DNA of 36,025 nucleotides from Pseudomonadota bacterium (GCA_043738765.1 JAYUFH010000188.1:1-36025), one strand, 5' to 3'. Shown: positions 9,377 through 17,926, counted from the stretch's first letter. Translations and numbers: made by a program. The notes: generated from the letters alone by a model not told the origin.

Positions 9377-9781
9377 ATGACCGACGACATACTGCCCACA
9401 GACCGCCAACCCACCTTGCGCGTCGTACCCATGCCGGCGGACGCCAACGCCTCGGGCGATATTTTCGGCGGCTGGATCATGTCCCAGGTGGACGTGGCCG
9501 GTGGCGTGGTCGCCGCCCGCCGTGCCCAAGGGCGCGTCGTCACGGTGGCGGTCAACGCCTTCCAGTTCAAGAAGCCGGTGTTCGTCGGCGACCTGGTCAG
9601 CTTCTATGCCGAGGTGATCGGCGTCGGGCACACCTCCCTGACGATCAACGTCATCGTCTATGCCGAGCGTGGATTGCTGGGCACCGCCAAGCCCGGTGGC
9701 GTTGTCCGGGTCACGGAGGCTACGTTGACCTATGTGGCCCTGGACCACCACGGCGGCAAGCATCCTGTGCCACTATCCTAG
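9377..9781 (+). CDS. Acyl-CoA thioesterase, hotdog fold (YciA-like)
   Basis: 134 aa, MPADANASGDIFGGWIMSQVDVAGG...VTVAVNAFQFKKPVFVGDLV. SD AGGAAT precedes the ATG. Confidence 0.85.
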   Translation: MTDDILPTDRQPTLRVVPMPADANASGDIFGGWIMSQVDVAGGVVAARRAQGRVVTVAVNAFQFKKPVFVGDLVSFYAEVIGVGHTSLTINVIVYAERGLLGTAKPGGVVRVTEATLTYVALDHHGGKHPVPLS

Positions 9782-9797
9782 TTTCGTGCGGGCACCC

Positions 9798-9982
9798 GTA
9801 GGGTGGGCGACCGCCAGGCGAGCCCATGGATGGGCGAGGTAGAGCGCTGTCGGGAACAGGCGCCGAGAGGGCGGAAGTACTGGCGCCAGGCCCCTTGGGG
9901 CAAACGCAGGAGCATTTTCCAGTGAATCGCCCAACCGCTACACGACCGCCGACACCCCTGCTGGTGGGCGATGCCATCCTAC
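9798..9982. repeat. Degenerate REP-A half-sites flanking about 150 bp of non-coding DNA
   Basis: GTAGGGTGGGCGACCGCC (9798-9815) and GGTGGGCGATGCCATCCTAC (9963-9982). Confidence 0.55.
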
Positions 9983-10146
9983 AGAACAGTAGTCGCCGTC
10001 AAGGGCGGAGATACAACGGAACTTCCTGGTGACTCCCATCTTTATATAGACGAACTGCGCGCAGAATGGGCAACTGCACAACACTAACTTGATGTGCCAC
10101 AACTTGCCCCCATGTCCTGCGTTATCCGTATTCTGGGAACCTCAAC

Positions 10147-10959
10147 ATGGAAACCCTACGCCCCGCCGCCGTCGCCGGACTGTTCTATCCCGCTGACGCC
10201 ATGCAACTCAAGCAGTTGGTCACAACGCTGCTGGAAGCAGCGGCAGCGGCGCCGACCCTCGACACACCGCCGCCCAAGGCCCTGATCGCCCCCCATGCCG
10301 GCTACCTCTATTCCGGCCCCATCGCCGCGAGCGCTTACGCATCGCTGGCGATGGTGGCTGACCGCATTCATCGGGTCATTTTGCTTGGACCGGTACACCG
10401 CGTAGCGGCGCGCGGCCTGGCACTGCCCGGCGTGGAAGGTTTTGCCACTCCCTTCGGTATCGTCCGCATCGACGCCGACGCCGTGGCCACCATCCGCCAC
10501 CTGCCGCAGGTCATCACCAGCCCGCGCGCGCACGCCCAGGAACACTCCCTCGAAGTCCACCTGCCATTTCTGCAACAGATATTAAAAGACTTCATCCTGC
10601 TGCCCCTGGCGGTCGGCGACGCCACGACAGAGGACGTCGCCGAAGTGTTAAATCTGCTATGGGGCGGAGCCGAGACGTTGATCGTCATCAGCTCTGATTT
10701 GTCCCACTACCTGCCCTATGCGCAAGCGCGCGTCCAGGATGCCGACACGAGCGCCACCATCCTCGCCCTCACCCACGCGCCGATCCGTCACGAGCAGGCC
10801 TGCGGCGCTACGCCGATCAGCGGACTGCTGCACGCGGCGCGACAACATGGGCTGCAATCGCGATTATTGGATCTGCGCAATTCCGGCGACACCACCGACG
10901 ATCGTGACCGGGTGGTTGGATACGGGGCCTTCGCCTTCACCGAAGGAATGACCGCATGA
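10147..10959 (+). CDS. amrB: AmmeMemoRadiSam system protein B (Memo-like)
   Basis: METLRPAAVAGLFYPAD... and ALIAPHAGYLYSGPIAA (Memo-family signature). 270 aa. Confidence 0.9.
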   Translation: METLRPAAVAGLFYPADAMQLKQLVTTLLEAAAAAPTLDTPPPKALIAPHAGYLYSGPIAASAYASLAMVADRIHRVILLGPVHRVAARGLALPGVEGFATPFGIVRIDADAVATIRHLPQVITSPRAHAQEHSLEVHLPFLQQILKDFILLPLAVGDATTEDVAEVLNLLWGGAETLIVISSDLSHYLPYAQARVQDADTSATILALTHAPIRHEQACGATPISGLLHAARQHGLQSRLLDLRNSGDTTDDRDRVVGYGAFAFTEGMTA

Positions 10960-11525
10960 ACCAGGAACAGGGTACAACACTGCTGACCCTGGCGCGCAAC
11001 GCTATCGCGGAAGATCTGGGCGTCCCACGGCAGGCCTGTGCCGAGGCGCCCTGGCTGGAGAGTCCGGGGGCATGCTTCGTGACCCTGACGCAAAACGGTG
11101 AACTGCGCGGCTGTATCGGCAGCCTTGAGGCCAGTCGCTCCCTGCGTGCAGATGTGCAGGCCAATGCGCGGGCGGCGGCCTTTCGCGATCCACGCTTCCA
11201 ACCGCTGACGTTGGAAGACTACCCGAGCGTGCGCATAGAGGTCTCTGTGCTGTCCCCGGCGGCGCCCCTGCACGTTGATTCCGAGCCGCAGGCACGGGCA
11301 CAACTGCGCCCCGGTATCGACGGCGTCGTCCTGGAATACCGGCGACAACGCAGCACCTTCCTGCCCCAGGTGTGGGAACAACTGAAAGAACCACGCGCCT
11401 TTATGGATGCCCTGAAACAAAAGGCCGGATTAAACGCCGACTTCTGGCACGCCGATATAAAACTGTCGCGCTATAGCGTGGAAAAGTGGCGTGAAGGCGA
11501 GCACGATGAGCATCGACCGGAGTAG
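10956..11525 (+). CDS. amrA: AmmeMemoRadiSam system protein A (AMMECR1 domain)
   Basis: ATGA overlap with amrB (10956-10959). GACFVTLTQNGELRGCIGS is the AMMECR1 signature. Confidence 0.9.
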   Translation: MNQEQGTTLLTLARNAIAEDLGVPRQACAEAPWLESPGACFVTLTQNGELRGCIGSLEASRSLRADVQANARAAAFRDPRFQPLTLEDYPSVRIEVSVLSPAAPLHVDSEPQARAQLRPGIDGVVLEYRRQRSTFLPQVWEQLKEPRAFMDALKQKAGLNADFWHADIKLSRYSVEKWREGEHDEHRPE

Positions 11526-11527
11526 TC

Positions 11528-12613
11528 ATGCACGACACGCCTTATAAAGCACGTTGGTGGCACAGGCTCGACGACGGACGCCTGCAGTGCGATCTGTGTC
11601 CGCGCGACTGTAAGTTGCACGCAGGCCAGCGCGGCGCATGTTTCGTGCGCCAGCGCATCGGCGACGAGATGATCCTCACCACCTATGGGCGTTCCTCCGG
11701 ATTCTGCATCGACCCGATCGAAAAAAAACCCCTCAATCACTTCTATCCTGGTTCGAGCGTGCTGTCCTTCGGCACAGCGGGCTGCAATCTTGCCTGTAAG
11801 TTCTGCCAGAACTGGGACATCAGTAAATCGAAGGACTTCGACAAGCTGGCGGATCAGGCGCAACCAGAGGAAATCGCCACGGCCGCCAGGAATGCCGGTT
11901 GCAGGAGTGTCGCCTTCACTTACAACGACCCCACCATTTTCGCCGAATACGCCATGGACGTGGCGGATGCCTGCCACGCCTACGGAATTAAAACAGTCGC
12001 CGTCACCGCCGGTTATATTCATTCACAACCGCGCCACGCGCTCTATGCCAAAATGGATGCCGCGAATGTCGATCTGAAATCCTACAGTGAGGATTTTTAC
12101 TTCAAGCTCACCGGCGCGCACCTGCAACCAGTGCTGGATACCCTTCTGTACCTGCGGCATGAGACCGACGTGTGGCTGGAGATCACCACGCTGTTGATAC
12201 CGGGGAAAAATGACTCCGATGCGGAGCTCCGCGCAATGAGCGCGTGGATCGCCACACACCTCGGCGACAGCGTGCCACTACACTTCAGCGCCTTTCATCC
12301 GGACTACAAGATGCTCGACATCCCGGCGACGCCCCTGCACACCTTAAACCGCGCGCGCGACATTGCCCTGGCTGCGGGCTTGAAGTACGTCTACACCGGC
12401 AACGTGCACGACCACGCCGGCGGCACGACGTTTTGCCCCGCGTGCCGTGAACCGCTGATCGTGCGTGACTGGTATCAAATAGAAGATTACCGCCTGCATG
12501 ACGACGGCCGTTGCCTGGTATGCGATGTGCACCTCGCCGGTCGCTTCGAACACTACACCGGCCAGTTCGGCCATCGCCGCGTTCCAGTGTCGATACATCG
12601 TCCGAACACCTGA
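11528..12613 (+). CDS. amrS: AmmeMemoRadiSam system radical SAM enzyme
   Basis: Starts 2 nt after the amrA stop. CNLACKFCQNW (CX3CX2C) is present, and the C-terminal zinc-ribbon-like CPACREP...CLVCD is typical of this family. Confidence 0.92.
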   Translation: MHDTPYKARWWHRLDDGRLQCDLCPRDCKLHAGQRGACFVRQRIGDEMILTTYGRSSGFCIDPIEKKPLNHFYPGSSVLSFGTAGCNLACKFCQNWDISKSKDFDKLADQAQPEEIATAARNAGCRSVAFTYNDPTIFAEYAMDVADACHAYGIKTVAVTAGYIHSQPRHALYAKMDAANVDLKSYSEDFYFKLTGAHLQPVLDTLLYLRHETDVWLEITTLLIPGKNDSDAELRAMSAWIATHLGDSVPLHFSAFHPDYKMLDIPATPLHTLNRARDIALAAGLKYVYTGNVHDHAGGTTFCPACREPLIVRDWYQIEDYRLHDDGRCLVCDVHLAGRFEHYTGQFGHRRVPVSIHRPNT

Positions 12614-12728
12614 GGAAAGTATCGCGTTTTCCACCAGCCAACCGACGCTAGCGCGGCATTCTCAGCAGTCGCGCCATTTCATAAAATTCATCGAACCTGC
12701 CGCCCTCGCCGTGGTCTAGCCATCGCTC

Positions 12729-12817
12729 CTTACACAAAACTTTCGAGCGTAAGCGTGCACATCTATCTCGACTTACAGAAAATCTGTAAGGCAATTTATC
12801 CCTATGCACTATATAAT
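12729..12817 (+). promoter_or_regulatory. Candidate response-regulator boxes and -10 element upstream of the two-component operon
   Basis: CTTACA at 12729-12734 and 12772-12777. Perfect inverted repeat CTTACAG-AAAAT-CTGTAAG (12772-12790). TATAAT at 12812-12817, only 6 nt before the ATG at 12824, with no SD. Confidence 0.3.
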
Positions 12818-12823
12818 ATATCG

Positions 12824-13498
12824 ATGCATGTACTTCTCGTCGAAGACGACCCCATACTCGCAGATGGCATAAGGCGCTCGCTGCGCCAGTTGTCCTATTC
12901 CGTCGACTGGGTCAGCAACGGTACCGACGCGGATCTCCGTATTGCCGAGCTGAATTACGATGCGATTATCCTCGATCTTGGACTGCCCGGTATGGATGGT
13001 CTCGAGGTTTTGCGCAAACTACGCAAACGCGGCTCCCCTGCACCGGTGATGATCCTGACTGCGCGCGACAGTGTGCTGGACAAGGTCACCGGCCTGGACC
13101 TGGGCGCCGACGACTACCTCGTGAAGCCGTTCGATCTGGCCGAACTGGAGGCGCGCCTACGCGCGCTCATCCGGCGCGGCACGGGCGGAACCGGATCCAT
13201 ACTCGAATTCGCCAACCTGCGCTATGACATGGACGGAAGACGCGTCACCATCGATGGTCATGCCATCGAATTGTCTGCGCGCGAGCTGGCGGTTTTCGAA
13301 CTGCTTTCCATGCGTGCCGGCCGTGTCGTCAGCAAGGATCAACTGATCGATCACCTGTGCGAACGCGGTGAGTCCGTCTATCTCAATGCCGTTGAGGTGT
13401 ATGTGCACCGCCTGCGCAAAAAACTGGGAGGCGGCCTGGTCACAATCCGAACTATACGCGGCCTGGGATACTTGCTGGAGAAACCGCGTGTTATTTAA
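12824..13498 (+). CDS. OmpR-family response regulator (TctD/QseB-like)
   Basis: MHVLLVEDDPILADG..., acceptor region AIILDLGLPGMDG, LVKPF lysine, and a winged-helix C-terminus (VYVHRLRKKL...RTIRGLGYLL). The track ORF begins at an upstream GTG (12755), which adds an implausible 23-aa extension. Confidence 0.9.
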   Translation: MHVLLVEDDPILADGIRRSLRQLSYSVDWVSNGTDADLRIAELNYDAIILDLGLPGMDGLEVLRKLRKRGSPAPVMILTARDSVLDKVTGLDLGADDYLVKPFDLAELEARLRALIRRGTGGTGSILEFANLRYDMDGRRVTIDGHAIELSARELAVFELLSMRAGRVVSKDQLIDHLCERGESVYLNAVEVYVHRLRKKLGGGLVTIRTIRGLGYLLEKPRVI

Positions 13499-14867
13499 AG
13501 TCTCGTCCACCCGCGGACAACTCCTGGTGTACCTGCTCGTGCCCCTGTGTTTTTTGCTGCTGCTTAGCATGGTAGTCACTTATTACGTGGCAACGCGTTA
13601 TGCCAGGACCGAGGATGATCGTTCACTTTTCGATACAACGGAAACCCTCGCCCGCCAAGTACATTTTAATGATGGACAGGTCAAAGTGACACTTCCCCCG
13701 GCAGCCTGGGACATACTTGGATATGACCAGTACGACAAAATGTACTTTCAAGTTCGAGGCATAGACGGTAGTTTTATTATGGGAGACAAGGAATTGCCAC
13801 TGCCACCGAAAGAGCTGCGGACCATAGACAAGGCGATCTATTTTGACGCGACCTACCATGGCGAATCGGTCCGCGTCGCCTCGATCTACCTGCCAGTCGC
13901 GGACGACGACACACATGGCCAGGTACTTGTGCAGGTGGCCGAAACACTCGTCCAACGCAAACTCCTTGCGCAGGAGGTGCTTTCCAGCGTGACGCTATTC
14001 GGTCTTGCTTTAATTGTCCTTTCCGCGGCATCGGTCTGGATCGGCATCGGTCGGGCACTGGCGCCGCTAACACGTATCCGTTACGCCATCCAAAATCGAT
14101 CACCCAATGATCTTGGACCGGTGCCAGAAGACGCTGCTCCGACCGAGGTACGCCCCCTATTGCATGCGATCAACGACATGCTCGAACGTTTGGCAAAAAC
14201 GATGGCCGTGCAGCAGCGATTTATCGCCGACGCGGCACACCAGCTACGTACGCCGCTTGCCGGTATCAAGACTCAGGCCGACTATGCCCAGCGTGAGACG
14301 GATCAAACCGCGGTACGGCACGCGTTGCATCAGATTAGCCTCAGCGTGGATAGAACCACTCATCTGGCCCAGCAATTACTTTCCCTGGCCCGCGCCGAGG
14401 CCTCGCCCAACGGCGTCCCTAACGAAACTATCGACCTGAGCGAATTACTCCGATCCACCACCAGCGACTCTGTTCCGAACGCCGTGAGTAAAGATATCGA
14501 TCTTGGCTACGACGACCCTGGTCATCCCGAGTGGATACAGGGTAATGCAATATTGCTACGTGAAATGCTGACTAATCTTCTCGACAACGCCATACGCTAT
14601 ACCGAGCCAGGCGGCAAGGTTACCGTTTCCCTCAACCAGGACCATGGTCCCGTCATTAGTGTAGAAGACAACGGTCTCGGTATTCCGTCCGACGAACGCG
14701 TGCTTGTGTTTGAACGATTTCACCGCGTGATCGGCACGCCGGGCGACGGTAGCGGACTGGGCCTGGCCCTGGTTAGAGAGATCGCCAACATACACGGTGG
14801 CGAGGTATGGATAACCACGCCATCCTCTGGACACGGTGCGCGCATCAACGTCAGGTTCAAAAATTAG
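13488..14867 (+). CDS. Sensor histidine kinase (TctE/QseC-like, 2CSK_N-type periplasmic domain)
   Basis: A GTG start overlaps the regulator's end by 11 nt. Two TM segments flank a periplasmic domain. H-box FIADAAHQLRTPL, N-box LLDNAIRYT, G-boxes EDNGLGIP and GSGLGLALV. The start is uncertain. Confidence 0.85.
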   Translation: MLFKVSSTRGQLLVYLLVPLCFLLLLSMVVTYYVATRYARTEDDRSLFDTTETLARQVHFNDGQVKVTLPPAAWDILGYDQYDKMYFQVRGIDGSFIMGDKELPLPPKELRTIDKAIYFDATYHGESVRVASIYLPVADDDTHGQVLVQVAETLVQRKLLAQEVLSSVTLFGLALIVLSAASVWIGIGRALAPLTRIRYAIQNRSPNDLGPVPEDAAPTEVRPLLHAINDMLERLAKTMAVQQRFIADAAHQLRTPLAGIKTQADYAQRETDQTAVRHALHQISLSVDRTTHLAQQLLSLARAEASPNGVPNETIDLSELLRSTTSDSVPNAVSKDIDLGYDDPGHPEWIQGNAILLREMLTNLLDNAIRYTEPGGKVTVSLNQDHGPVISVEDNGLGIPSDERVLVFERFHRVIGTPGDGSGLGLALVREIANIHGGEVWITTPSSGHGARINVRFKN

Positions 14868-15123
14868 CGGCAAACCGCCAGATCTTCCGATCCAGATCGG
14901 CAAACAAAATAGATTTCATAACACCCCTATCTACACAATCCGCAGGTTCATATTTCGCTTTTTTACATCTAAATTCTTACACGAAGCTTTCATCTTCATT
15001 GCAAGTTCTTTGATTGATTCAATTTTTTATGCCCCGGCATTCACGTCAGCTGGCCGTAAGGTTTAGTCACTATTGTTCGTTAGAGGGGCTGTGAAGACAG
15101 CCAATAAGATAAGGAACTAAACG

Positions 15124-15648
15124 ATGACATACGCCGTTACCGATAAGGCCCCTCCAAATGCACTCGGAACACAGCTGCTAATCGAATTACACGATTGCCA
15201 TACAGAATTTTTTGATGACATCGAATGGGTCAGGGAAACCCTGGTTGAAGCCGCAAAACGTGCGCAGGCCACGATAGTGGATGTGGTATTTCACAAGTTC
15301 AACCCCATCGGAATTTCGGGCGTCGTCGTTATTTCAGAATCACATTTCGCCATACACACATGGCCGGAACACCGTTACGCGGCACTCGATATTTTTACCT
15401 GCGGCACAGTGTTGGACTCGAATGCGGCGATTGCCTACATTACTCGGCACTTCCGTAGCACACACTACGAGGTGACATCGCTGTCACGTGGATTGATGTA
15501 CCCGAAAAAAGGCAGACACCCACGCCCGGTGCACAGTCATGCAGCGCAGACAACGGCCGCGCCCGATGAGAAACGCGTTGTTTCCGCTGATCACCCGGTT
15601 GCCTTAAATCAAACTACATCCCCATCGGTGGCGTTATTCAGCAAATGA
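15124..15648 (+). CDS. speH: S-adenosylmethionine decarboxylase proenzyme, small pyruvoyl (SpeH/class 1) type, with about 50-aa C-terminal tail
   Basis: GTQLLIELHDC...GVVVISESHFAIHTWPEHRYAALDIFTCG, with the self-cleavage motif E72|S73. SD AAGGA lies 9 nt upstream. Confidence 0.88.
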   Translation: MTYAVTDKAPPNALGTQLLIELHDCHTEFFDDIEWVRETLVEAAKRAQATIVDVVFHKFNPIGISGVVVISESHFAIHTWPEHRYAALDIFTCGTVLDSNAAIAYITRHFRSTHYEVTSLSRGLMYPKKGRHPRPVHSHAAQTTAAPDEKRVVSADHPVALNQTTSPSVALFSK

Positions 15649-15713
15649 GGCGCCAGCAGAGCCAGGGACAGGTAAAACGTCAACCCAACGAAATCTGGAA
15701 GGAAATTAATAAA

Positions 15714-16817
15714 ATGAATACTGCCATTAAAACTCTCCCCCTGCAAAAAACGACCACCCCGGCGATTACTCGTCCGTACCCGCTCCCACCCCTGCCGGAA
15801 AATATGTACTATGTGGACGATCCCAGTCCTGAAATGCTGGGAAACGGGTCACTGCTTTTCGTAGAGGATTCGGATCCCTACGACTTATACAGCTACCGTC
15901 TTTCCAAGGTACTGTACAGCGGTAAAACTGCGTTTCAAAACGTCATGATCGCCGATACGCTGAATTACGGACGCGCCCTGATGCTGGACGGCGCCATCCA
16001 GAGCGCTGAAGACGACGAATCGCTGTACCACGAAATGCTGGTCCAGCCCGCCATGCTACGCCACCCGGAGCCACGCGACGTACTCATCATCGGCGGCGGC
16101 GAAGGCGCCACGCTACGCGAAGTACTCGTGCATCGTTCGGTGCGCTCTGTCACCATGGTCGATATCGATCGCGAACTCGTGGAATTGTGCCGCGAGCATT
16201 TACCGACCTGGCATTGCGGTGCCTTCGATGACCGGCGCGTGCGTCTGGTATTTGACGATGGACGGAAATTTCTTGAAAACGACGGTACGCGCTATGACTT
16301 GGTCATTATCGACCTAGTCGACATGCTCGACAACGGTCCGGCGCAAAAGCTGTACACGCGACAGTTCTATGAGATGTTACGGCCACGTCTGCGGCCGGAC
16401 GCCCTTGTCGCGATCCAGGGCATGGAGTTCTCGTTCGTGGACGACAAGGCGCACGCGGCGCTCACGCGTACCCTGCGCAGCGTGTTCCCCGAGGTCCATA
16501 GTTATCGCGCACATATTCCATCCTTCCTGTCGGCTTGGGGATTTATTCTCGCCTCAGATTGGTTCCGTCCCAGCGATTGGTCGGCGCAGGACATCGACCG
16601 GGCGATTCAAAACAAGCTCGGCTTGCACTGGCTGGATCATATCACGGGGGATTTTGTGCGCAGCAGTTTCAGTATGTGCAAGGAAACCCTGTTCCTGTTA
16701 TCGCAACCAGGACCGATACTGGAGGACGGTGTCGACTTTATTCCACCGCCCTACATTGAAGACGTTGAGCCCGTGTTCGTGCAATTTCCCATCCTCCCAG
16801 CCGAACACGATCGATGA
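15714..16817 (+). CDS. speE: Polyamine aminopropyltransferase (spermidine synthase family, Thermus-like GGGEGATLREV type)
   Basis: SGKTAFQNVMIADT...LMLDGAIQSAEDDESLYHEMLVQPAM...VLIIGGGEGATLREVLVH...MVDIDRELV...VIIDLVD. The start is chosen at the ATG after GGAAGGAAA. Alternatives are 15645 (ATGA overlap with the speH stop) and 15804. Confidence 0.88.
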   Translation: MNTAIKTLPLQKTTTPAITRPYPLPPLPENMYYVDDPSPEMLGNGSLLFVEDSDPYDLYSYRLSKVLYSGKTAFQNVMIADTLNYGRALMLDGAIQSAEDDESLYHEMLVQPAMLRHPEPRDVLIIGGGEGATLREVLVHRSVRSVTMVDIDRELVELCREHLPTWHCGAFDDRRVRLVFDDGRKFLENDGTRYDLVIIDLVDMLDNGPAQKLYTRQFYEMLRPRLRPDALVAIQGMEFSFVDDKAHAALTRTLRSVFPEVHSYRAHIPSFLSAWGFILASDWFRPSDWSAQDIDRAIQNKLGLHWLDHITGDFVRSSFSMCKETLFLLSQPGPILEDGVDFIPPPYIEDVEPVFVQFPILPAEHDR

Positions 16818-17683
16818 ACATTTCGGCGGAAATTCTGCGCTTTAATACAGACAATATTCTGCTGCGGCGTATCCGGTTTGTGGATAGCCGGCCAGACCAC
16901 ATCGATGTCGTTATGGAATTCGACGGTCTACAGCCGCGCTATGCCATCAGTGAAACCGTGGATTTCGATGGCCTTCCGCCGGTCGCCACCGGTCCCGAAC
17001 CAACGAACGAGTTGTATCTGGTGCTACTGCTTAGCGGTTCAGCCACACCGTTCGATCTGCAGCGGCGGGCGGAACAGTGGATGCTGAGGCCAGAGTTGCC
17101 GGGCGCCCGTGCGACGGTGGAACTGGTGACACACGGCGATCGGATACTCTGGCGCCCCGGTCGCACGCTTGTTATCGGTGCGTCCGAGCGTTTTGAAGAA
17201 CTGATGGCAGCGTTGGTGGATTTCTCCTTCCACGAGGGAGCACTGCGCCGGCTGGAAAACGCCATCGAAACGGACTACCGGGCCGCCGCTCAGGACATCG
17301 CCCTAACCCATCAGGTGGACGAAGCGGCTATCGCCCGCTGGCCGCATGTCAATTCCATGATCCGGGCGGTGACCAGTTATCGCATGGCCTTCGTCCCCCT
17401 CGAAGCGCGTCTGGAAAAATCGTCCAATCAATTGACCGGACCCGCCCGTATACTAGTTTCGGAACTGGTTATGCAAACCGATGTGACGGATCGCCTGTCC
17501 CTGCTCGACGACAAACTGGAGGTGCTCGAAGACCTTTACGAATCGGCCAATGACCGGATATCGGAGTACTCCTACTTTAAACGCGAATATCGCCTTGAGT
17601 GGGGAATACTCTTTGTCCTGGTACTGGAGGTGGTCATCATGCTATGGGAAATATATTACCTTGCGCGACCGGGTATGGAATGA
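16814..17683 (+). CDS. Hypothetical protein with C-terminal TM anchor; DUF155/RMND1 (COG1723)-like C-terminal region
   Basis: ATGA overlap with the speE stop (16814-16817). 289 aa. The C-terminus VTDRLSLLDDKLEVLEDLYESANDRISEYSYFKREYRLEWGILFVLVLEVVIMLWEIYYL matches the coiled region plus R-LEW plus TM pattern I recall for DUF155 proteins. Confidence 0.7.
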   Translation: MNISAEILRFNTDNILLRRIRFVDSRPDHIDVVMEFDGLQPRYAISETVDFDGLPPVATGPEPTNELYLVLLLSGSATPFDLQRRAEQWMLRPELPGARATVELVTHGDRILWRPGRTLVIGASERFEELMAALVDFSFHEGALRRLENAIETDYRAAAQDIALTHQVDEAAIARWPHVNSMIRAVTSYRMAFVPLEARLEKSSNQLTGPARILVSELVMQTDVTDRLSLLDDKLEVLEDLYESANDRISEYSYFKREYRLEWGILFVLVLEVVIMLWEIYYLARPGME

Positions 17684-17900
17684 CCCTCCCGCCGATCAAG
17701 CCCGGCGAAGGGAACAGCGCCGACCCAGAGTCCGTCCCGGTTGACACTGTGCGTGCCTGTGCGGGCCGGTCCTTGAGATTGCACACCGCGTAACACCTCT
17801 GCAAGCCCGGCTGAAGGCCATGCCACGACTCTTACAACCGCTCGACGGGTCGATATGATCTGAATATCCGATCATGCTTGCCCACACCCTGTGCTGAGAC

Positions 17901-17926
17901 CCAGCCCAAGTCCGAACTTGGGCTGG
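17901..17926 (+). other. Perfect 11-bp stem / tetraloop hairpin between the polyamine operon and metH
   Basis: CCAGCCCAAGT-CCGA-ACTTGGGCTGG. There is no following U-run, so its function is unknown (terminator, processing site or metH leader element). Confidence 0.5.

Noticed and set aside
12755-12823. GTG-initiated 23-aa extension of the response regulator
   Set aside because: The canonical receiver N-terminus (MHVLLVEDD) starts at 12824. The extension covers the A/T-rich region holding the inverted repeat and TATAAT.
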